Positions 17,561-28,507 of a stretch of DNA of 64,000 bases are shown in pieces (position 1 is the stretch's first letter; every line of letters begins with the position of its first letter). Origin of the DNA: Clostridiales bacterium UBA1742. GTDB taxonomy: Bacteria; Bacillota; Clostridia; TANB77; CAG-508. Below the pieces are notes generated by a model that worked only from the letters and a program-made list of their open reading frames with translations, was not told where the DNA came from and searched no databases. The position numbers and the translations under genes were made by a program. The stretch spans positions 258 through 64,257 of the forward strand of contig DCHW01000030.1 of the NCBI GenBank assembly GCA_002314935.1. Direction: 5' to 3'.

Positions 17561-18091
17561 CTATGCTGAAATTTTTATTTTTGAAGAAAGTAAATTATTA
17601 AGTTTTAATTCTTCGTATTTTAATAAACCATTTTGTAATGCTTTTTTATATGATGTAGAATTTAATCTATATTTTGTTTTACAAAAAGCTTGTATTATTG
17701 TAGTGTTAATTATTTCTTCGTTATATTGCATAATGTCAGGGCTTATTGTAATAATTTTATTTTTGCATTTATAAAAACCAGAAGGTAGTTCTTCTATTTT
17801 GTAATCTTCGGGTGCAAATTTTAGAATGTGTCTAGCAATTTCCATAGAATATTCTATTTGTGAATTTGCAATTTCTAAATATAATTTTTTTATTGCTAAA
17901 TTTATTATTTCTGTATTATCTTTTCCTTTATATTTTTTTGGCAAAAATAGATCAATTTCTGTTTCTTTTTTATTTAAATTTATATCGGGATTATTAGTGT
18001 AGTTTATGTTTATTTTTAATACTTTTCCTAGAACACTTACTGCTAAATATGCTTTATTATTATTTCTACTTTTAAAATCTAAAATACTCAT
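17561..18091 (-). CDS. Hypothetical protein
   Basis: Long ORF with an SD-like GGGGGATTGG upstream. It has a faint DUF45-like layout but no HExxH, so no function is assigned. Confidence 0.45.
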   Translation of the reverse strand: MSILDFKSRNNNKAYLAVSVLGKVLKININYTNNPDINLNKKETEIDLFLPKKYKGKDNTEIINLAIKKLYLEIANSQIEYSMEIARHILKFAPEDYKIEELPSGFYKCKNKIITISPDIMQYNEEIINTTIIQAFCKTKYRLNSTSYKKALQNGLLKYEELKLNNLLSSKIKISA

Positions 18092-18188
18092 AAACCAATC
18101 CCCCCTAAGGCAAACTTTAAAACTTATGTTCGCTAAACTAAATATATTTTACACACAAAAAATTTGTTTGTCAATATAAAAAATTAAA

Positions 18189-18209
18189 ATTAAGCAAAAA
18201 TTTATAGTT
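18189..18209 (+). repeat. 21-nt direct repeat, left copy
   Basis: attaagcaaaaatttatagtt is identical to 18542..18562. Confidence 0.8.
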
Positions 18210-18355
18210 GTCAATAATTTTTGAAAATTTCACTGTAAAATATCGTTATTTTATTAGCGAAAATTTCACCCATATGTAATCTCTAAGTTAATCCGCTTGC
18301 CACGGAGGCAGGCTCAAGATTTAATTTTTTAGGTATAAAATTCAATATTATAGAA

Positions 18356-18379
18356 TGTAGGGGCGATTTTAATCGCCCG
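18356..18379 (+). repeat. GC-rich hairpin repeat (REP-like), forward copy
   Basis: tgtaggggcgattttaatcgcccg contains the internal hairpin GGGCGATT/AATCGCCC. The same 24-mer occurs at 46207 and 58856, and inverted at 18466. Confidence 0.85.
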
Positions 18380-18465
18380 ATAAAACATTTTATTAAATTT
18401 TATATTTATTTTTATGATTTATATAACATTAATTACAAATTTTTATTAGATGTATTTATCTTTGA

Positions 18466-18489
18466 CGGGCGATTAAAATCGCCCCTACA
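18466..18489 (-). repeat. GC-rich hairpin repeat (REP-like), inverted copy
   Basis: cgggcgattaaaatcgcccctaca is the exact reverse complement of 18356..18379. Confidence 0.85.
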
Positions 18490-18541
18490 AGGTGAAATAT
18501 TTGCTTAGGAAGTTCTAAGGTGATATTATCATAAATTTACT

Positions 18542-18562
18542 ATTAAGCAAAAATTTATAGTT
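18542..18562 (+). repeat. 21-nt direct repeat, right copy
   Basis: attaagcaaaaatttatagtt. Confidence 0.8.
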
Positions 18563-18698
18563 AGACAAAAAATAAAAAAAATGTTATAATGTAAAATATT
18601 TTTAATATAATAAAAATCTAACGGAAACTAAGGATTCAATTGACTTTTATGGAAAAAAGTGGTAATATTAAATGCGTTAAATTAAATAGGAGAGTGTA

Positions 18699-19553
18699 AT
18701 GAAAGAATTATTTATAGATATAATAAAAGATACATTAATAGATGGAGCAAAAATACTTCCATTTTTATTTATAACATATTTATTAATGGAATATATTGAA
18801 CATAAAACAAGTACAAAAACGAAAAAAATAATAAAAAAATCAGGTAATTTTGGACCAATAATTGGAGGATTTTTAGGTGCAATTCCACAATGTGGTTTTT
18901 CTGTTGCAGCTACTAATTTTTATGCAGGAAGAATTATTACTTTAGGAACATTATTTTCTATTTATTTATCAACATCAGATGAAATGCTTCCCATTTTAAT
19001 ATCTAGGCAACAAAATATAGGTCTTATTTTAGAAATACTTGCTATAAAGGTTGCAATTGGAATTTTAGCAGGTGTAATAATTGATTTTGTTTTAAGAATT
19101 ACAAAAAAAGAAAATAATGATGAATCAATAAAAGAAATATGCGAACATGAACATTGTCATTGCGAAGACGGAATATTAAAATCAGCTATAAAACATACAA
19201 TAAGTATTCTTATATATATTTTAATAATATCATTTGTATTAGGAATTGCAATTGAATTAATTGGAGAAGATAGAATATCAGAAATAATATCTAGTAATAT
19301 TATATTAGGGCCTGTAATATCTTCATTAATTGGTCTTATTCCAAACTGTGGATCATCTGTTGTCCTTACGGAATTGTATATTGATGGTGTTTTAAATATG
19401 TCAAGTATGATAGCGGGATTATTAGTAAACGCAGGATTAGGATTAATGGTTTTATTTAAAGTTAATAAAAATTTAAAAGAAAATATAGAAATTGTAGGGA
19501 CATTATATTTAATAGGTGTAATATCTGGTGTGGTTTTAGGATTTATTATCTAA
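18699..19553 (+). CDS. Polytopic membrane permease (putative metal-ion transporter, ArsP_2/DUF2899-like)
   Basis: About 8-10 TM segments in two halves separated by a His/Cys-rich loop (ICEHEHCHCEDG). PQCGFS and PNCGSS motifs are repeated in the two halves. Family assignment is from memory. Confidence 0.5.
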   Translation: MKELFIDIIKDTLIDGAKILPFLFITYLLMEYIEHKTSTKTKKIIKKSGNFGPIIGGFLGAIPQCGFSVAATNFYAGRIITLGTLFSIYLSTSDEMLPILISRQQNIGLILEILAIKVAIGILAGVIIDFVLRITKKENNDESIKEICEHEHCHCEDGILKSAIKHTISILIYILIISFVLGIAIELIGEDRISEIISSNIILGPVISSLIGLIPNCGSSVVLTELYIDGVLNMSSMIAGLLVNAGLGLMVLFKVNKNLKENIEIVGTLYLIGVISGVVLGFII

Positions 19554-19562
19554 AGGAGAAAC

Positions 19563-20096
19563 ATGAAAAAAGTAATAGCATTTATAAACATATTCATAGC
19601 TTTTTTAATTGTATATTTTGTGCAAGCCAATTTTTTTAGTTGGTTTAATATTGGTGGAATAATGCCAAATCTTTTTATAATTTTAATGGTATTTATAGGT
19701 GCTTTTATGAACAAATATTATGGATTTGCAACTGGTGTAGTTTTAGGATTACTTTTAGATTTTTTTATAGGAAAAGTAATTGGAATTAATTCTATAATTT
19801 TAGGAATAGCTGGTTTGTTAGGTGGTATTTTTACTAAAACTTTTTCAAAAGATAATAAGATGACTATGATGGTACAAGTTATGGTAACAACATTAGTATG
19901 TGAAATAATTTCATATGGATATCAAATAATTTTATTTGGATTAAAAATTGAAATAGTTACATTTATAAAAATAATTGTAATAGAAGCGTTATATAATACA
20001 ATATTATTGATAATATTATATCCATTTTTACATAAGATAGGGGATAAACTAGAACAAACATTTACTAAAGATAAAATTTTAACAAGATATTATTAA
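19563..20096 (+). CDS. mreD: Rod shape-determining protein MreD
   Basis: 177-aa, 5-TM protein immediately upstream of PBP2. SD AAAGGAGA. Assigned by position and hydrophobic profile. Confidence 0.6.
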   Translation: MKKVIAFINIFIAFLIVYFVQANFFSWFNIGGIMPNLFIILMVFIGAFMNKYYGFATGVVLGLLLDFFIGKVIGINSIILGIAGLLGGIFTKTFSKDNKMTMMVQVMVTTLVCEIISYGYQIILFGLKIEIVTFIKIIVIEALYNTILLIILYPFLHKIGDKLEQTFTKDKILTRYY

Positions 20097-20119
20097 TGAG
20101 AGGAAATGTTTAATATAAT

Positions 20120-22207
20120 ATGGATAAAAAAAACGTAAGATATAACATAGTAGTTGTTTTAATTTATATTATAGGTATAGCATTATTAGTACAGCTTTTT
20201 AACTTACAGATAGTACATGGTGATGAATATTTAGAAACTTCAAGTACTAGATTAACTAGGGAAACAACAATTGTAGCAGCAAGAGGAAATATTCTAGATA
20301 GAAACGGAAATATAATAGCAGGAACTACAACAAGATATAGTTTGGAAATTTATAAAAGTAAAATTGATAATGAAACATTAAATAATACAATATTAAGTAT
20401 TATAAATGTTTTAGAGAGTAATGGAGATAAATATAAAGATAGTTTTCCAATTAGTGTAAATCCAATAGAATTTACTAAAAGTGATGAAACAATAAAAAAA
20501 TGGTTGGAAGAAAACAATTTAGATGAAAACTTAACAGCAGCAGAAGCTTTATACAAATTTAAAGATAAATATTCTATAAACAATGAAAATATTGAAGAAA
20601 TAAGAAAAATAATTAGTGTAAGATATGGTATACAAATTAATGGATATAGTGCAATGAGTTCTTATATAATATCTAGTGATATTTCTAAGGAAAGTGTTGC
20701 AATATTTGAGGAACAAAAATTAAATTATCCAGGAATTTCAATTGAGCAGAAGGCAGTTAGAGAGTATGAGTACGGCAGTTTATCATCACATATATTGGGG
20801 TATATCGGGAAAATTAATTCTACAGAATTAGAAAATAACGAAGGTTATTCTATGAATGATTACATTGGAAAAACTGGAATTGAGTATGTTTACGAAAAAT
20901 TTTTAAAAGGAAAAAACGGAACAAAGCAAACAGATATGTCTGTTGATGGAACTATTACCGGGGAATATGTAACAGCAGAAGCAGAACAGGGAAACGATGT
21001 TGTATTAACTATAGATGCAAATTTACAAAATAAAACGGAAGAAGCTTTAAAAAATACAATTGAAAAAATAAAAAATGGTGGATTCGGAAAAGCGTATGAG
21101 GCAAAGGGTGGAGCAGCTGTTGTTTTAGATGTAAAAACAGGAGAGGTATTAGCTTTAGCTAGTTATCCTGATTATGAACCAGAGCTTTTTATAGATGGTA
21201 TAAGCGAAGAAAAATGGTCTGAATATAATAATGAAAAGAACAATAGTTTATTAAATAGGGCAGTTCAAAGTGCTTATGCACCAGGTTCAACTTTTAAAAT
21301 GGTTACTGCAACTGCTGGATTGGAAACTGGCGGAGTAACTGCAAATGAATTAATTGTTGATACAGGAATTTATCATGCTGGTGGTGGATATAATCCAAGA
21401 TGTTGGTATTATAATGAGTATGGAACTGGACATGGTGCCTTAAATGTATCAGATGCAATTAAAAATTCGTGTAACTATTATTTTTATGAAGTTGCTTCCA
21501 GAATTGGAATTGAGAATATAGAAAAATATGCAAGATATTTTGGATTGGGAGACAAAACAAATATTGAATTAATTGGAGAACTTTCAGGAACTCTTGCAGG
21601 CAAAACTTTATATAAAAAATTGGGACAAACATGGTATGATGGAATTGCATTATCTGCAGCAATTGGACAAGCAGAGAATAATTTTACACCTATACAAATG
21701 GCTAGATATATTGCAATGCTTGCGAATGGTGGAAACAAAATAGATGTTACTTTAATTAAAGATATAGTTAATGCACAAGATAATACATCATGTGTAACAA
21801 AAGAAGAAATTAAAAACTACACTTATGAAAAATTAAATTTATCAGATACGGAAACAGAAGATTTAAATATAAAAGAAGAAACAATTTCAGCGGTGCTTGA
21901 GGGAATGAAATCTGTTACAACAGAAACTGGAGGAACGGCATATTCAATATTTAAAGATTTTCCAATAGAGGTTGGTGGAAAAACTGGATCAGCAGAAACT
22001 TGGAATGATGAAGTAAATGCATGGTTTGTTGGATTTGCTCCATATGATGAACCAGAAATTGCGGTTGTTGTGTTAATAGAAAATGGATGGCATGGATCAT
22101 ATACAGCTGAAGTTGTAAGGGATGTAATGGCGGAGTATTTTAAAGTTAATGAAGAAATAAAAGAAGATAAAACAGCCATACCATATACTGAACAAAATAA
22201 TGATTAA
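20120..22207 (+). CDS. mrdA: Penicillin-binding protein 2 (class B transpeptidase)
   Basis: N-terminal TM anchor and dimerisation domain. Transpeptidase motifs STFK (PGSTFKMV), SCN (KNSCNYYF) and KTGS (GGKTGSAE). Confidence 0.9.
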   Translation: MDKKNVRYNIVVVLIYIIGIALLVQLFNLQIVHGDEYLETSSTRLTRETTIVAARGNILDRNGNIIAGTTTRYSLEIYKSKIDNETLNNTILSIINVLESNGDKYKDSFPISVNPIEFTKSDETIKKWLEENNLDENLTAAEALYKFKDKYSINNENIEEIRKIISVRYGIQINGYSAMSSYIISSDISKESVAIFEEQKLNYPGISIEQKAVREYEYGSLSSHILGYIGKINSTELENNEGYSMNDYIGKTGIEYVYEKFLKGKNGTKQTDMSVDGTITGEYVTAEAEQGNDVVLTIDANLQNKTEEALKNTIEKIKNGGFGKAYEAKGGAAVVLDVKTGEVLALASYPDYEPELFIDGISEEKWSEYNNEKNNSLLNRAVQSAYAPGSTFKMVTATAGLETGGVTANELIVDTGIYHAGGGYNPRCWYYNEYGTGHGALNVSDAIKNSCNYYFYEVASRIGIENIEKYARYFGLGDKTNIELIGELSGTLAGKTLYKKLGQTWYDGIALSAAIGQAENNFTPIQMARYIAMLANGGNKIDVTLIKDIVNAQDNTSCVTKEEIKNYTYEKLNLSDTETEDLNIKEETISAVLEGMKSVTTETGGTAYSIFKDFPIEVGGKTGSAETWNDEVNAWFVGFAPYDEPEIAVVVLIENGWHGSYTAEVVRDVMAEYFKVNEEIKEDKTAIPYTEQNND

Positions 22208-22234
22208 AAACAAAAATAAAACGGAGGAATAGTT

Positions 22235-22846
22235 ATGAGAAATTCTGTAGGAATTAGTATGAAAAAGGACGAAATTTTAATTAGATTAAGTGAAGGAGCT
22301 ACACATAAAGAAATAATTGAATGTTTAAATAAAAAAATACCTGCATTGAAAAAATTGTATAAAACAGAAAAGACACCTATATGTGTTACAGGTAAGGTAT
22401 TAAAGAATAAGGAAATTGATCAAATAAAAAAAATTATTAGAGATGAAATAGACGTTGAAATAACATTTGATAGTCCAAAGGAACTTGGTTTGCATGGAAT
22501 AAAAAAGGCCTTTGAAAAAGATGTTGAAGATTCAGAAACAAAATTTTATAAAGGTAGTGTAAGATCTGGACAAAAAATTGAATTTGAAGGAAGTCTTGTA
22601 ATTCTTGGGGATGTAAATGGTGGAGCAGAGGTAATTGCAGGGGAAAATATAGTTGTATTAGGAGTTTTAAGGGGATTAGCTCATGCAGGTGCTAAAGGTA
22701 ATAAAAAGGCAATAATTGCATCTAGCAGAATTGAATCTCCTCAAATAAGAATTTCAAATATTGTAAAAGAATTTGAAAAAGAAGATATTGATGATCAAAA
22801 TTATAGAGTTGCATTTATTCAAGATGATAACTTGGAGCTTGAATAA
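22235..22846 (+). CDS. minC: Septum site-determining protein MinC
   Basis: C-terminal beta-helix signature VRSGQKIEFEGSLVILGDVNGGAEVIAGENIVVLGVLRGLAHAG. Confidence 0.85.
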   Translation: MRNSVGISMKKDEILIRLSEGATHKEIIECLNKKIPALKKLYKTEKTPICVTGKVLKNKEIDQIKKIIRDEIDVEITFDSPKELGLHGIKKAFEKDVEDSETKFYKGSVRSGQKIEFEGSLVILGDVNGGAEVIAGENIVVLGVLRGLAHAGAKGNKKAIIASSRIESPQIRISNIVKEFEKEDIDDQNYRVAFIQDDNLELE

Positions 22847-22849
22847 AAT

Positions 22850-23029
22850 TCATGATAATAGCAATAAAATTAACGACAGGAATAAAAGCTGGTCTTTTAT
22901 TCCTTCTTTGTATAAAAAGAAAATTAGACAAAGAAGTAAAAGATCATCAAAAGATAAAGAAATACCAAAAAAATTAAAACCACTTTCATAATTAGTTATA
23001 TGTAATAAGTCATATAAATTATTTATCAT
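22850..23029 (-). CDS. Possible small membrane protein (59 aa)
   Basis: MINNLYDLL...GISLSFDDLLLLCLIFFLYKEGIKDQLLFLSLILLLLS. ATG 23029 lies 8 nt after GGTGG and overlaps the stop of the upstream gene by 11 nt. Confidence 0.3.
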   Translation of the reverse strand: MINNLYDLLHITNYESGFNFFGISLSFDDLLLLCLIFFLYKEGIKDQLLFLSLILLLLS

Positions 23030-23408
23030 TACTATTACCACCATTCATAAAAGGAAAAACATCCATTACTTTGCTCATATTCATGAGTTGAATGTATTGA
23101 TCTACTTTACTTTTACGAGATTCATTTAAATATGGCTTTAAAGATTTTAATAAATTTGAACGAGGATCATCTTTTGTATTCATTTTATCTATTATTTTTT
23201 TCATTTTTATAATAGTTTCAAAATCTATGTTGTTGTTAAAATTTTGATTTTCTGAAGTTGTATTATTATCAGAACTAGTGGAGCTATTATCTTTGGATTG
23301 ATTATTAAACATATTAAATACATTATTTATATTATCTTGAGAAATATTATTGTCTTTCGCAAAAGTATTTATTTTTTTAATAATATCAGACATATCTTCA
23401 CTATTCAC
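23019..23408 (-). CDS. Hypothetical Asn/Ser-rich protein
   Basis: SD AAGGTGG upstream. A low-complexity centre is followed by a conserved-looking C-terminus, DPRSNLLKSLKPYLNESRKSKVDQYIQLMNMSKVM. Confidence 0.5.
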   Translation of the reverse strand: MNSEDMSDIIKKINTFAKDNNISQDNINNVFNMFNNQSKDNSSTSSDNNTTSENQNFNNNIDFETIIKMKKIIDKMNTKDDPRSNLLKSLKPYLNESRKSKVDQYIQLMNMSKVMDVFPFMNGGNSNDK

Positions 23409-23419
23409 AATAAACCACC

Positions 23420-23569
23420 TTATTTGTTTTTGTTAATTTCTTTAAAAATTTCATCCTTATTTTTATTTTGTAAAATATAATTTGCCTTTTCAAGACCTGC
23501 TTCTAAATCTTTTTTATCCATTTTAGAAAGCATATTAAGCATTTGTGAAATATCAATATTGTTATTCAT
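23420..23569 (-). CDS. Possible small protein (49 aa)
   Basis: MNNNIDISQMLNMLSKMDKKDLEAGLEKANYILQNKNKDEIFKEINKNK. SD-like GGAGTGA upstream; it ends 11 nt before the next gene. Below the ORF-track size cutoff. Confidence 0.3.
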   Translation of the reverse strand: MNNNIDISQMLNMLSKMDKKDLEAGLEKANYILQNKNKDEIFKEINKNK

Positions 23570-23689
23570 GTAATCACTCCTAGTTAAATATATGTATTAA
23601 TATTATATGTTATTCAAGTCAAATAAAAATGTGATAATTTAACATATAAAAAACTGCCTAAAAGGCAGTTTTAATCTTTTTATTATGTA

Positions 23690-24970
<1,281 letters not shown>

Positions 24971-25071
24971 CTAAAAAAAATTATGTTCTTCCCTGTTGAA
25001 GAACATAATTATTATCATACAAATATGCAAAAAAGTCAAGCCCGAAGATGGTATTATCCCTAAAAGATACG

Positions 25072-25464
25072 TTATATTTTAAAACCATTAGGTAGTAGAT
25101 CATTAATGGTATATTCTGTAATAGTTTCATTTTCTGATAAAACATAAATTTTAAAGTTGTTATCAACAAATTCACTAATAAATTGTCTACAATATCCACA
25201 TGGTAAACAATTGTTTAAAGTATCTTTAGAAGTACCTCCGCAAATTAAAATATGTTCAAAATCTTTTTCTCCTTCGGAAATAGCCTTTATAAATGCTACT
25301 CTTTCTGCACAAATAGCCTGTATACCGTGATTTTCTATATTACAGCCTGAGTAAATTTTACCAGATTTTGTTTTTAATGCTGTACCCACATAATACTTGC
25401 TATATGGCGCGTAAGAATAATTTCTTGTATTTTTTGCAATTTTAATTTCATTAGATAAATTCAT
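25072..25464 (-). CDS. cdd: Cytidine deaminase
   Basis: 130 aa with zinc ligand motifs CAERVA and CLPCGYCRQF. Confidence 0.9.
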   Translation of the reverse strand: MNLSNEIKIAKNTRNYSYAPYSKYYVGTALKTKSGKIYSGCNIENHGIQAICAERVAFIKAISEGEKDFEHILICGGTSKDTLNNCLPCGYCRQFISEFVDNNFKIYVLSENETITEYTINDLLPNGFKI

Positions 25465-25682
25465 AGCACACCTCTTTTTAAAAAAATATATAGTATACCT
25501 AAGTTAATGTCAAATATAAAAAAACAGTAATAAAATAGTTTATTAATTAGATAAGATATTTTCACTCAAATCATTAAATGTATAATTTAACGATTTGAGT
25601 TTTTTTATTGTGATTGATTGTAACTTTTTATTTATATTAAACATAATATATAACAAAAGTTTACTTTGAAAGGATGAATCAA

Positions 25683-26039
25683 ATGGCAAGTTATATAATT
25701 AATGGTGGAAAAAAATTAGAGGGTGAATTGAACGTGTCTGGTTCTAAAAATGCATCATTGCCTATAATAGCTGCTACAATTTTAAGTGGAAAAGTAACAA
25801 ATTTATATAATGTTCCCAATATACATGATACTAAAATAACTTTAAAAATATTACAAATTTTAGGTTGCAAAGTAGATAAGAAAAATGGTAAAATAATTGT
25901 GGATTCTAAGGACATAAATAAGTATGAAATTCCAGACAATTTAATGAGACAAATGAGATCATCTGTAGTATTAGCAGGTGCATTAATTGGAAGATTTAAA
26001 AAGGCTGTTTTTTCTTATCCAGGGGATTACGATATTTGA
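25683..26039 (+). pseudogene. murA: murA 5' fragment (UDP-N-acetylglucosamine 1-carboxyvinyltransferase), truncated by insertion
   Basis: MASYIINGGKKLEGELNVSGSKNASLPIIAA...RSSVVLAGALIGRFKKAVFSYPG is followed by element-derived DYDI*. Native sequence ends at about 26025. Confidence 0.9.
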
Positions 26040-26211
26040 TTGATACATCGGACAAGCATAGAATAAATGAGTGGATACAAGAATTTAAGTAAATAAATTT
26101 ATAAAGCTTTAAAAGTAAAATTTTAAGGCTTTATTTTTTTTACTTAAACTTATATTAAAAAACATTTTAAATGGCATAAAAACGAATGTCGTGAGAAAGG
26201 AGGGTATGAAA

Positions 26212-26736
26212 ATGCAAAAATTAAAAGGATTATGGATTCCAGCAGAAATTTTATTAAACGAAGATTTAACAGATAAAGAAAAATTAATATTATCAATGAT
26301 TTTATATTTAAGTGATGAAACGGGAAGTTCATTTGCAAGTAATAAATATATAGCAAGTATTGTAAATATAACACCAGATAGAGTATCAAAAATAATTAGT
26401 TCATTAAAGAAAAAAGAATATATAGGGGTGGCTTTAAAGTTCAAAGCAGATAGTAAAGAAATAGAAAGCAGACAGATTATTCCTAAAAAAGATTATATAA
26501 AAAGGTGTAGTGAAAAATACCTAGAGGGTATAGGTGAAAATAACTATTCCAATAGTCAAAAACAACCATACCCTATAGGTGAAAAGGACAAAGATATAAT
26601 AAATAATTATAATAATATAAATAAATATAATAATGGAACAAGCAATAATAAAAAATATAAATCAAATTATAAAGGGAGAGATTATGCAGGCTTTGACTTT
26701 ACAAAATTATATGCAAATGCAGATGCTTTTTTATAA
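26212..26736 (+). CDS. HTH-domain protein (replication-initiator / DnaD-like N-terminus), Asn-rich tail
   Basis: LWIPAEILLNEDLTDKEKLILSMILYLSDETGSSFASNKYIASIVNITPDRVSKIISSLKKKEYI is the pattern of plasmid and phage HTH Rep-organiser proteins. ATG 26212 lies 8 nt after AGGAGG. Confidence 0.5.
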   Translation: MQKLKGLWIPAEILLNEDLTDKEKLILSMILYLSDETGSSFASNKYIASIVNITPDRVSKIISSLKKKEYIGVALKFKADSKEIESRQIIPKKDYIKRCSEKYLEGIGENNYSNSQKQPYPIGEKDKDIINNYNNINKYNNGTSNNKKYKSNYKGRDYAGFDFTKLYANADAFL

Positions 26737-26903
26737 ATTACAACATTTGCATAAATAAAATCAGTTACTATAGCAGAAATGCTAAATAGGTAACTGATTT
26801 TTTTTATCCTAAAATTGCAGATAGCAAATTTAGGATAAAACATAAAAATACGAGTGAGTATTTTTATGAAATGGGGTGTGGGGAAAGTAGTTCCCTGCCA
26901 TAC

Positions 26904-26921
26904 AGACTTACTTGTAAGTCT
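26904..26921 (+). other. Candidate oriT hairpin upstream of the relaxase gene
   Basis: agacttac-tt-gtaagtct is a perfect 8-bp inverted repeat 77 nt upstream of mobV. Further inverted repeats lie at about 26762-26800 and 26808-26836. Confidence 0.25.
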
Positions 26922-26997
26922 AGTATGTTAGACTTCGCAAGCAAAATCTTAAGCAAATTCAAAGAAGAATTTTTAGAAGAAAGAGGAGGAAAAAAAT

Positions 26998-28245
26998 ATG
27001 AGTTATGCAATAGTTAGAAATGAAAAATTAACAAGGGCAGAAGCACAAGGAAGATGTGTTCATAATGATAGACGAGCTAAAAATCATACAAATAAAGATA
27101 TAGATTCAGAAAGAACAATCTTGAATTATTATCTAAAAGAAAATAAACAAAACTATGTTAAGGAATTTGATAAAATAAGAAAAGAGAATAATTTACAAGG
27201 AATGATTAGGAGCAATAGCATAATTATTTGTGAAATGCTATTTACATCAGATAAAGAATTTTTTGATAAAATTGGAGAAGAAGAAACCAAAAGATATTTT
27301 AATGAAAGCTATAGATTTATAAGTAATTATAAAAATTTAGGAGAAAAAAATATTGTATCAGCAGTAGTACATTTAGATGAAGGAGTACCACATATGCATT
27401 TAGCATATATTCCAGTAGTTCATACAGAAGATAAAGAAGGAAATAGAATAGAAAAAATTTGTGCAAAAGATTTTTGGAAAGGTAGAGATAGTTATAGAAA
27501 CTTTCAAAATGAATTTTATAATTATATAACAGAGAAAGGTTTTGAACTAAAAAGAGGAATGCCAGTTGAAGAAACAGGAGCAAAGAATTTAAGAATAGAA
27601 GAACTAAAGCAAATAACCAATTATGAAAAAACAAAACAAGTATTAAATGAAGTTTATTACAAATTGCCAAAAGTTCCAGAATTATCAGATATAAAAAAAA
27701 TAATGATTAATAGAGATGAAAAAATATACGAAAAGATTATAAAGCCAAAAGATGAACTAATAAATGAATTATTTACTGATAATACAAAATTAAGAGTAGA
27801 ATTATCTAGGCAGGTTAGATTAGTAAATAAAGCAGAGAAATATCAAAATGAAAAGGAAGGAATACTTGCAGAAAACAGTAGTTTACGCAAAGAGGTAAAC
27901 GAAACTTACCAAGAATATGCAAAAAAAACAAAAAATCTTGAAGCAGAATATAAAGAACTAAAAAATGATTTGAAAGAAGATTACGAAAAGAAGGCTAAAA
28001 AAATTGAAAACAAATATGAAGATAAAATATATGAATTAGAAAAAGAAAACGGACATTTACACAAAATTATAGATACATTTGAAAAAACAATTCACAAATT
28101 TATAAAATGGATATGTAGAAAATTTGATTTAGGAGCAGAAGATGATGTGGCAAGAGATTTTGAAAAAGAAAATGATACTTTACTAGATGCTGAAAAGCAA
28201 ATAAAAAGAGAAAAAAGGGAAAAAGATTTAGAGATGGAAATGTAA
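26998..28245 (+). CDS. MobV-family (Mob/Pre) relaxase
   Basis: MSYAIVRNEKLTRAEAQGRCVHNDR (motif I) and HLDEGVPHMHLAYIPV (HxDE..PHxH motif III), followed by a long coiled-coil C-terminus. Confidence 0.85.
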   Translation: MSYAIVRNEKLTRAEAQGRCVHNDRRAKNHTNKDIDSERTILNYYLKENKQNYVKEFDKIRKENNLQGMIRSNSIIICEMLFTSDKEFFDKIGEEETKRYFNESYRFISNYKNLGEKNIVSAVVHLDEGVPHMHLAYIPVVHTEDKEGNRIEKICAKDFWKGRDSYRNFQNEFYNYITEKGFELKRGMPVEETGAKNLRIEELKQITNYEKTKQVLNEVYYKLPKVPELSDIKKIMINRDEKIYEKIIKPKDELINELFTDNTKLRVELSRQVRLVNKAEKYQNEKEGILAENSSLRKEVNETYQEYAKKTKNLEAEYKELKNDLKEDYEKKAKKIENKYEDKIYELEKENGHLHKIIDTFEKTIHKFIKWICRKFDLGAEDDVARDFEKENDTLLDAEKQIKREKREKDLEMEM

Positions 28246-28270
28246 AAACAACCTAGCTATGTAGGTCGCT

Positions 28271-28507
28271 TTAGTCTTGCTCAGCAGTATCAAACATTGA
28301 ATCTTTAAAAAATTCACCCAGAGTTATATTAAAACCCTCACAAATATGAAGTAATGTATCTAATTTAATTAGTTCAGTTTTTCCACTCATAAAAGTTGAA
28401 ATAGTAGAACAAGGAATACCAGACATTTTGCATAATTTCCATGTATTCATATTTTTTTCTTTTAGATAAAATTTAATTCTTTTTCTTATTGCATCAGATA
28501 ATTTCAT
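28271..28507 (-). CDS. XRE-family HTH transcriptional regulator
   Basis: 78 aa: LKEKNMNTWKLCKMSGIPCSTISTFMSGKTELIKLDTLLHICEGFNITLGEFF. Divergent from the cargo operon. Confidence 0.8.
   Translation of the reverse strand: MKLSDAIRKRIKFYLKEKNMNTWKLCKMSGIPCSTISTFMSGKTELIKLDTLLHICEGFNITLGEFFKDSMFDTAEQD

Noticed and set aside
22773-22991. 72-aa ORF overlapping the end of minC
   Set aside because: It starts inside minC in another frame, has no SD and is Lys/Ser-rich low complexity. A terminator-like hairpin lies inside it. It is likely spurious.
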